Positions 57,403 through 64,000 of a DNA stretch of 64,000 nt are shown here, piece by piece (position 1 is the stretch's first letter; every line of letters starts with the position of its first letter). The notes under the pieces were generated by a model. It was given only the letters and a program-made list of their open reading frames with translations. It was not told the origin of the DNA and ran no database searches. Position numbers and translations under genes: made by a program. This stretch comes from Promethearchaeota archaeon (GTDB taxonomy: Archaea; Asgardarchaeota; Lokiarchaeia; Sigyniarchaeales; SOKP01). The DNA is taken from assembly GCA_048940445.1 (NCBI GenBank), contig JBHLON010000010.1, forward strand, positions 139-64,138, in the 5' to 3' direction.

Positions 57403-58350
57403 TTATAAATGAGAATTTAACCAGCTTATTACATCATTATAAACTTCATCACGGTTAACTTCATTGAAGATTTCATGGCGAGCTCCTTCATAAAACTTGG
57501 ATGTAATCTCTTTAACACCGTATTTTTTAAGTCTCTCTATCATTGCTATAACTCCTTTTGTTTTATTTCCGACAGGACATAAGGATCCAGATATGAAATA
57601 GATGGGTAAATCTTTAGGAATTTTTTGTTCATTTTTTTCATCATATATCTTTTCCATTCCATGAATAAATTCTAGCCATAAGGTAGCTGGTGAAATAAAT
57701 CCACACCAAGGGTCATCAATATATTTCTGAACTTCTATTTTGTCTCGGCTAAGCCATTCAAACCCTGTAGCACCTTCATCCTTTTGCCAATCATGATTAT
57801 ATGAAGCAAAATTCATATCATGCATTTTCTGACTTGGTGCTGTAGGTTCTAACTTCTTAATCTCATTTTTTACAATTAATTTCCCAGCTTTCAATACCAT
57901 CTTTCTTACTTTACCATTAGTGCCACTTAAGATACATCCCTTTATTTCATTACCCCATTCTTGAATATAATCTTGCGTCAACATTGCACCCCAGGAATGT
58001 CCAATTAAGAATAAAGGGAGATTAGGATTTTCTTTCTTAATAATCATCGATAATTCATGAAGATCATTAACTACACCTTGCCATCCATTTGGTCCCAAAA
58101 CTCCAGCCTTTCCCTCTAATGTAGCCTCAGTTAAATCACCAGCAGTTAATCCATGCCCACGAGCATCGTTTGCATAACAAATAAAGCCTTCTTTACAAAG
58201 AGCTTCTGCTACTCTTGTGTATCTGGACGCATGTTCTGCTAACCCATGAACGAATTGAACAGCAGCTTTAGGATCTGTTTCGGGGGACCATTTATATACA
58301 AAAATCTCAATATCATCTTGATCCTTAAATGTAAAGGTATTAATTTTCAT
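57403..58350 (-). CDS. alpha/beta hydrolase, lysophospholipase/monoacylglycerol-lipase-like
   Basis: VHGLAEHASRY, nucleophile elbow GHSWGA and C-terminal ARHEIFNE. Confidence 0.8.
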   Translation of the reverse strand: MKINTFTFKDQDDIEIFVYKWSPETDPKAAVQFVHGLAEHASRYTRVAEALCKEGFICYANDARGHGLTAGDLTEATLEGKAGVLGPNGWQGVVNDLHELSMIIKKENPNLPLFLIGHSWGAMLTQDYIQEWGNEIKGCILSGTNGKVRKMVLKAGKLIVKNEIKKLEPTAPSQKMHDMNFASYNHDWQKDEGATGFEWLSRDKIEVQKYIDDPWCGFISPATLWLEFIHGMEKIYDEKNEQKIPKDLPIYFISGSLCPVGNKTKGVIAMIERLKKYGVKEITSKFYEGARHEIFNEVNRDEVYNDVISWLNSHL

Positions 58351-58700
58351 TTTTTTATCACATTCTTGTTTTTTAGTATTTTTTAATTCGAATAAAAAAC
58401 GAAAGTCTTATTTTTATTCCGTTAAGTATTCAAACATCATCCGTAATTTATTGATTTTAATAGATCTCTACAATTTTTAAATTTTTTCATTTATTGGGGA
58501 AGGTATAAAAATCTCGGAAAATATGGGAGCTAAATAAAATTTCATAAAATAAGTTGGTTCATTAAAAATGAGGAGATCTTTCCGTAGTATGAATATTTAA
58601 TATAATACTAGCAAAGAGATTTATGAATTTAGGGCCAGTAGAGTTTAAATAGAAGTAATAAGGAATCATATTGACAGAAAAGTAAATTCAGAATCTGATT

Positions 58701-59258
58701 TTAATGAATCACGCAATCTACCAAATTAACATCCTTTAACTGAATGCAAGCAAGTTCAACTTCATATCCATGTACACTAGAAACCTTAGCTTTATATATA
58801 GCATATTTCGCCAATTTGATTGCATTTTTATGCATAGGACTCAACCTTTTGATTTGATTAATTTTTTTAGCTTCTTGTTTGAATTGCTTGTATATTTTAT
58901 ATACTAGATCGATATAACAACGAGGATTTTCGTAATCTACATGGACAGCTTTTTTACCCACGTGGAGATGTGTTCCTTTTGGTTTATTATTTTTAATTTT
59001 TTCAAATAACTCTTTTTTCATTATATTCGGATCTTTATCTTTAGATGTAGTGTAAATTATGTCCACATCACTTGTACGGATATCAGTTTGCTTGCCTCCT
59101 GATCCTCCTTTTTTTACAGCTGCAATTTTAAATCCTGAAGTTTTGCGTAGGAAATTCATCATATGGTTCACTTTTGAGTTATATCTTTCTCGAGTTTTAG
59201 GATCGGTATTGATTTGATGCAAATGTTCTATTAATTTCTCCATAGTGAGTTTAATCAT
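58701..59258 (-). CDS. compact Pol-beta-superfamily nucleotidyltransferase, OAS/CD-NTase-like
   Basis: 185 aa. VKKGGSGGKQTDIRTSDVDIIY fits hG[GS]-x10-DxD. The third acidic residue is in CYIDLVY. The downstream helices AIKLAKYAIY...GYEVELACIQL resemble the start of the OAS1 C-terminal region. Confidence 0.55.
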   Translation of the reverse strand: MIKLTMEKLIEHLHQINTDPKTRERYNSKVNHMMNFLRKTSGFKIAAVKKGGSGGKQTDIRTSDVDIIYTTSKDKDPNIMKKELFEKIKNNKPKGTHLHVGKKAVHVDYENPRCYIDLVYKIYKQFKQEAKKINQIKRLSPMHKNAIKLAKYAIYKAKVSSVHGYEVELACIQLKDVNLVDCVIH

Positions 59259-59322
59259 CTATATTTCGCCTAAAGATAATCATCAACAATATTAACATAA
59301 TAAATTAAATAAAAAAACAAAT

Positions 59323-60756
59323 TTAGATATCTAAATTAGTAGTTATTGATTTTTGTTTCATTTTACCATATATTATTACAAATATTATAAATAAAGATGC
59401 AATAATCAATTGTATGCATGCAATTAAAAAAATTGATTTAAATGCAAATTGAGTGGAATATATATTATTATTTGCATTAGTTAGAAAAAATCCTCCAATT
59501 AAGGGTGTGAAAAGACCTCCAATTCCTTTAAATGTATTAAGGATTGCACCACTACTCCCTTTTTCTTCTTTTGGTGTGATCGAAAAGATTGTTACTTGAT
59601 ATGCTCCCGTTGCAGATCCCCAACCTATTGCTACGATTATAAGAAAAATTATAAGCCCTATTAAATTTTTGACAAAGATAGCCATAATAAAGAAACCAAA
59701 ACAGGCAATTAGCAAACCAATTAATAATATTAATTTAGATCCAAATTTATCAATAATCAATCCTCCTAATATTACCATAAGAAACATAATACCGGTGTAA
59801 ATAGTAAGTATATTACCACTGTTTGTAATATTAAAGTGTAATACCAATTGAGCGTATGTTGGTATAAATAAAGCAGTACATGTAGTTGCGGCGAAGGTTA
59901 GCATAAAAGCTAGATTTAGTCCCAAAACCTCTCTTTTTTTCAATATAGATATATTGATTATTGGTTCGGTTGTATTCCGTTCCTTTAAATATAATAATAA
60001 AAACAAAAATAATGAAACGATAAACAGTGAGAATACTGTTGGTTCTATAAAATTTACAGTTTCAACCCTTACTAATCCTAACAACATCATGATTAGAGCA
60101 CCAATCAATAAACAGGATCCAAGATAATCAATATTATGCTTTTTTTTGTAATTACTCTCTTTGATTTTAAAAGTTAATAAAATTGAAGTGATTCCTATCG
60201 GAACATTAAGATAAAATATGCTACGCCAACCAATATGCTGAATAAGAAATCCTCCAATATTCGGACCGATTATAGTTGCGAGTATACCCATAGATGATAA
60301 TATACTGATAGTCCTCCCTTGTTTATTTGCAGACGCAGCAGAACTCATTGCAGCTAACGCTGAGGGTAAAATAAGACCTCCCCCAACTGCTTGGATTGCT
60401 CTAAAACTCACTAATGAAAAAATATTCCATGATAAACCACAAGCGAGAGATCCAATTATGAATATTGTGACACCATATATATAGATTCGTTTCTTGCCAT
60501 ACACATCCGCAAATTTTCCCGCTAAAGGCAATATTGATGTCGAAATTAAGAGGTAAATTATAACGGTCCAAGATACCCAATTATAGGATGTATTAAAGTA
60601 TTTTACTATTGTTGGTAATGCAGGTGAAAAGATATAAGAATCTAGCCCTAGCATAAAAACACCCAAAGCTAATATCCCCATTACAAAATAAGGTGAAATT
60701 GATTTATGCCTAATGAAGTTCGAATCTTTTTTTTCCGTTGAATCTTTTTCATTCAT
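59323..60756 (-). CDS. MFS transporter, DHA2 (EmrB/QacA-like, 14-TM) family
   Basis: About 14 hydrophobic helices and motif A-like GKFADVYGKKRIY. I chose the ATG at 60756 because the track TTG at 60798 lies inside an intergenic palindrome. Confidence 0.85.
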   Translation of the reverse strand: MNEKDSTEKKDSNFIRHKSISPYFVMGILALGVFMLGLDSYIFSPALPTIVKYFNTSYNWVSWTVIIYLLISTSILPLAGKFADVYGKKRIYIYGVTIFIIGSLACGLSWNIFSLVSFRAIQAVGGGLILPSALAAMSSAASANKQGRTISILSSMGILATIIGPNIGGFLIQHIGWRSIFYLNVPIGITSILLTFKIKESNYKKKHNIDYLGSCLLIGALIMMLLGLVRVETVNFIEPTVFSLFIVSLFLFLLLYLKERNTTEPIINISILKKREVLGLNLAFMLTFAATTCTALFIPTYAQLVLHFNITNSGNILTIYTGIMFLMVILGGLIIDKFGSKLILLIGLLIACFGFFIMAIFVKNLIGLIIFLIIVAIGWGSATGAYQVTIFSITPKEEKGSSGAILNTFKGIGGLFTPLIGGFFLTNANNNIYSTQFAFKSIFLIACIQLIIASLFIIFVIIYGKMKQKSITTNLDI

Positions 60757-60796
60757 TTTTAATTCCCCTGTTTTTAATAAAAATTTAATTTTCTTC

Positions 60797-60820
60797 AATA
60801 AGATACTGAAGTATCTTATT
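60797..60820. promoter_or_regulatory. candidate TetR operator: perfect 10-bp inverted repeat AATAAGATAC-TGAA-GTATCTTATT
   Basis: Read directly from the sequence. It lies between the divergent MFS and TetR genes. Confidence 0.45.
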
Positions 60821-60870
60821 TAATATAGGAAAAGAAAGATTATTTAAGAAACTTTCGTTTCTTATTATTG

Positions 60871-61476
60871 ATGACAGAAAAACAAGATCAAAAAAAAGAT
60901 AAAAAATCTTCAGATAATTCTAAACAAACTCGTCGAAGAGGAGAAAAACTTGAAGATGCTATACTTCAAGCGACTTGGGATGAATTAGAAAGGATAGGAT
61001 ATAAAAATTTGACAATGGATAATGTTGCATCAAAAGCTCACACAAGTAAATCGGTAATTTATCGTCGATGGACCGGTCGTGCAGATTTAGTTCTTGCATC
61101 TCTGCGAAATAGGATGGGATCGGTTGAAAATCATATACCTGATACAGGAAATCTACGTGAAGATGTATTACAATTATTAAATCAAGAAAAAGGTAAATTT
61201 CTACAAATTCCAAAAAAAATTAGAGAAGAAATTATAACAGAGTTCTTACCTTTAGAAAAATCAGGTGTTTTTAGAGTATTACCAGATCTAATGAATGTTA
61301 TATTGGAACGTGCCAAAAACAGGGGTGAGATACCTAAAAAACCTATACCTTTTCGAATAATTAGACTCCCATTTGATCTTGTTCGTCATGAATTGATATT
61401 TAATCAAAAACTTATAAAAGATTCAGATTTGGAAGAAATTATAGATATCATTTTCCTCCCTTTAGTTTTAAAGTAA
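60871..61476 (+). CDS. TetR/AcrR family transcriptional regulator
   Basis: ILQATWDELERIGYKNLTMDNVASKAHTSKSVIYRRWTGRADLV. The ATG at 60871 follows the track TTG directly. Confidence 0.85.
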   Translation: MTEKQDQKKDKKSSDNSKQTRRRGEKLEDAILQATWDELERIGYKNLTMDNVASKAHTSKSVIYRRWTGRADLVLASLRNRMGSVENHIPDTGNLREDVLQLLNQEKGKFLQIPKKIREEIITEFLPLEKSGVFRVLPDLMNVILERAKNRGEIPKKPIPFRIIRLPFDLVRHELIFNQKLIKDSDLEEIIDIIFLPLVLK

Positions 61477-61721
61477 TAAATCAAAATCCTTTTTCTTATA
61501 TAATTACTTATTCCTTATTTTTTGAGGGGGAGATGGGAGATAGGTTTTATGAGTTTAATAAAAAATTGTTTTCTATAAGATTAATAATAAAAGATTCTTT
61601 AAAAGAATACTTTTGGGTTCCACTACCCATTTATGTATATATAATTAAATGAAAGATATGGTTTGATGGGATTAGATTACTTGAAACTATAAAAAGAACT
61701 TATTATTTTAATTTATTCTTA

Positions 61722-61979
61722 CTATCCATAAATTTCCAATAGGATAGGTTGGTTATCAGACAGGAATAAATTAATATCATTCGTGGTGATATCTTTTGGA
61801 TTGTATTTATTAATGATAGTAAAGAACTTATCTAAAATCGACAAATTATAAATCTGAGTAGCTTCTGAATTGGTTTCTAATTCTGATAAAGTAAATTTTT
61901 CAAAATTTCCGAATTGTGTTATTATTTTCTCTTTTCTTTGTTCTATCGAAGCGTTCATAATAGAAAATAATTTGACCAC
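61722..61979 (-). CDS. hypothetical protein (85 aa)
   Basis: ORF track only, with no convincing motif. Confidence 0.25.
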   Translation of the reverse strand: MVKLFSIMNASIEQRKEKIITQFGNFEKFTLSELETNSEATQIYNLSILDKFFTIINKYNPKDITTNDINLFLSDNQPILLEIYG

Positions 61980-62078
61980 GAATTTAAATGTTTAGTAAAA
62001 ATAAGACTTCAAAATTTTAATTCGAATAAAATCTAATTATTCTTATACTTTTTTGAAATAAAAAAAAAATTTGAAAAA

Positions 62079-62540
62079 ATGGTGATTAATTTGGATATTC
62101 ATTATTTTATTGATTTTAGTCAATTTATTATCATTAATGTATTTAATCTAATTGTATTTGCACTTTTTTTGGCTCGTGTAAGAAAACCTAAAATATCTAA
62201 AAAGATTGGAATACTCTCTTTAGTACTTGGAATTCCAACATTAGTAATAGCAATTTTAAATCTTTTATTACTGAGAGCTTGGTGGTATTGGGCTTTTCCT
62301 TTACTACTTGTAGCTTTTATTATCTTCACTCTAATTGTAGACTATATATGGAAGATTGAATTTCGAAATCCACGTAGATTGTCAATTCTGATTCCATTTC
62401 TTATTTTGTTTTATGTAAGTATAATTTTAATGTGGGGATTAACCTGGATTTTAGGAGTTGCGTATGGAGTTATAACGGGAATCACTTATTTTATACAATT
62501 ATTTGGTGCTTATTATGCCGGTAAACATGGAGTAGGTTAA
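62079..62540 (+). CDS. four-TM membrane protein
   Basis: 153 aa, hydrophobic helices only. Confidence 0.5.
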   Translation: MVINLDIHYFIDFSQFIIINVFNLIVFALFLARVRKPKISKKIGILSLVLGIPTLVIAILNLLLLRAWWYWAFPLLLVAFIIFTLIVDYIWKIEFRNPRRLSILIPFLILFYVSIILMWGLTWILGVAYGVITGITYFIQLFGAYYAGKHGVG

Positions 62541-62677
62541 CATTATCTAAAAAGAATTAACCGATTTTAAGAAATAATTTATGCATATAATCCTTAAATC
62601 CGAATTTTTTCCAAAAGAAAGCCGCTTCTGGATTTTTTGGAACAATACTGAGCTCTACTCTTGTTAAGAGAATATAA

Positions 62678-63691
62678 TCAAGATTTAATTTCTTGACCGC
62701 AAAAAGGACAAATTAATACAGCTGCATCAAGCAAATTATTACAAAAAGGACATGTTATTTTTACAATATGGTCATCATCCTTTAGACTTAAAAGAAACTC
62801 ATTAATATTTTCATGGGTAACAATCAAATATTCTCCATCAATCACAAAATTAAATTTTTTCGCCCATTTAAATATTTTATCCGCAAATGATTTTTCATCC
62901 ATTTCCAAGGCATTTCTCATCATATCAAGCTTTATCCTATTAGAAACTTTAATCATCGATTTTATTTTTTCAGTACGTCTTTTTTCCAGTTCCATTAAAC
63001 GAATTTTTTCAGAATCCTTATAAGTAAGCACCTGGTTTAATAATTCCAGAAATTTAACTGTCTTGATCTTATCCCTTATTAAATGATTTAAACGTTTTTT
63101 AATGAATAAAAGAGAAAAAGCGCGATTATTCTTAGTTACAATTTTAATAAATAGATCTGCACTTTTAGATTGCCCTATTATTTCTTTAACTTCCAAAATA
63201 TTAATTTGTTTTAAGTAATCTTCCTTAAATGGCTTAAAAGACACGAAATTTTCAGTTAATAAAATTATTCCCTTGTTCAAGGTAGATTTCCAGTCATTCA
63301 TATTCGGAATACCCTCCCAAAAAGCTCCTTTGGATTCAAAAAGTATAGGCAATTCATTTTTTGCGTACAATCGTGTAATATGCCTAAATAAATCTTCTGA
63401 CAATCTCCTTGAATTTGAATGATAACTATCTCTATTTAAAAGTGGAAAAAATGCATAACAATTATCTTTAATATCTATTAGTTCAATTACTGGAATTCTA
63501 TTTCTACTCTTAATATAAAATCCTTTAATATTTGATAATTTTACCTCATACCTTATTTTATCAATATCAGATTGAAAAGATATTTTACTTTCATTTAATT
63601 GAATAGTCACTCTTGCTCTTTTGGATATAAGAGCTCTATAGGATGGAATTCCAGAGGTAAAATTACCAGATGATTCAAAGTGGATGACCAT
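62678..63691 (-). CDS. protein with internally duplicated N-terminal (PH/GRAM-like?) domains and C-terminal zinc ribbon
   Basis: 337 aa. VIHFESSGNFTSGIP...ISFQ repeats as ILFESKGAFWEGIP...VSFK. The C-terminus is CPFCNNLLDAAVLICPFCG. Confidence 0.55.
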   Translation of the reverse strand: MVIHFESSGNFTSGIPSYRALISKRARVTIQLNESKISFQSDIDKIRYEVKLSNIKGFYIKSRNRIPVIELIDIKDNCYAFFPLLNRDSYHSNSRRLSEDLFRHITRLYAKNELPILFESKGAFWEGIPNMNDWKSTLNKGIILLTENFVSFKPFKEDYLKQINILEVKEIIGQSKSADLFIKIVTKNNRAFSLLFIKKRLNHLIRDKIKTVKFLELLNQVLTYKDSEKIRLMELEKRRTEKIKSMIKVSNRIKLDMMRNALEMDEKSFADKIFKWAKKFNFVIDGEYLIVTHENINEFLLSLKDDDHIVKITCPFCNNLLDAAVLICPFCGQEIKS

Positions 63692-63823
63692 TCTATGTTG
63701 AAAAGTAATAATTTAGGAATTTATAATTTTACATTATGATTTTAAAAATATTGTTACTATTGCAGTTTAAGAAGTAAAGGATATTGTATATTTTGGATAT
63801 ATTATTTAGAGAGGGAGTGAATT

Positions 63824-63895
63824 ATGGATATGAATGATCTTACAGACCTAATTTTTATATTAGTTGGAATTTTAACAGTTATTACTTCTATCTAA
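63824..63895 (+). CDS. candidate 23-aa single-TM micropeptide
   Basis: GGGAGTGA lies 3 nt upstream of the ATG. The peptide is MDMNDLTDLIFILVGILTVITSI. It is too short for any further support. Confidence 0.2.
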   Translation: MDMNDLTDLIFILVGILTVITSI

Positions 63896-64000
63896 ACTTT
63901 ACAAAATTCCGAGTCATTAGTTGATATAAGTTGCAATGTTGATTCAATAATATTATATTTTTCATTCAAATAATTATTAATCTTAGAAATTAAACTTCCT

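Noticed and set aside
61722-61979. Possible fragment of a tyrosine recombinase N-terminal (core-binding) domain (KDITTNDINLFL)
   Set aside because: The only evidence is a vague 10-residue resemblance. There is no catalytic domain, no flanking repeats and no att-like sites, so I do not call it a mobile element.
63892-64000. Partial minus-strand ORF running off the right edge (...NNYLNEKYNIIESTLQLISTNDSEFCKV-stop)
   Set aside because: Only ~35 C-terminal codons are visible, with no motif, so I did not list it as a feature.
1-64000. Search for CRISPR arrays, tRNA/rRNA genes, IS elements, integrases and long direct or inverted repeats
   Set aside because: I saw no regularly spaced repeats, no GC-rich ~75-nt islands with cloverleaf potential, no rRNA-like segments and no transposase or integrase motifs. 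The only clear DNA-level duplication is the GNAT fragment. A tRNAscan, Infernal or repeat-finder run is still needed to be sure.

Overview
This is an AT-rich (roughly 30% GC by eye), densely coding prokaryotic chromosomal segment with genes on both strands. I recognised no rRNA, tRNA, CRISPR array, transposase or integrase. The gene content fits an Asgard (Loki-type) archaeon, but that is inference from content only, with no search run. It includes five Ras-superfamily small-GTPase paralogs: one carries all five Rab family motifs, one is Arf-like, and two are clearly degenerate. It also includes a SET-domain protein, a geranylgeranyl reductase, an RNase J-like nuclease and many zinc-ribbon and coiled-coil proteins. 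These are interleaved with bacterial-type accessory genes: carboxylesterase, SDRs, OYE, nitroreductase, VOC, CPBP proteases, three TetR and one MarR regulator, and MFS, ABC and CaCA transporters. Shine-Dalgarno-like GGTGA/GGAGG motifs precede several TTG/GTG starts. The best candidates for an undescribed system are GTPase-centred. (1) At 474-5587, a 1268-aa sequon-rich single-pass surface protein has a cytoplasmic tail that looks longin/roadblock-like, and it sits 53 nt upstream of a degenerate Rab-like GTPase with a zinc ribbon. (2) At 10452-13823, one ORF fuses an Arf-like GTPase, flanked by two mutually similar longin/uDENN-like segments, to PAS-PAS-GAF and a histidine-kinase core that lacks the phosphoacceptor His and the ATP-lid glycines. 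(3) At 7472-9117, a canonical Rab-like GTPase with a zinc knuckle instead of a prenylation signal overlaps a GNAT gene, and a decayed copy of that GNAT lies at 5742-5921. Other notable items are a BAR-domain-like protein, a compact OAS-like nucleotidyltransferase and a CPBP gene with an in-frame TGA at the invariant Arg. There is also a flavoprotein whose Rossmann motif lies upstream of any canonical start codon. All family assignments come from motif recognition by eye and need HMM or structure confirmation.
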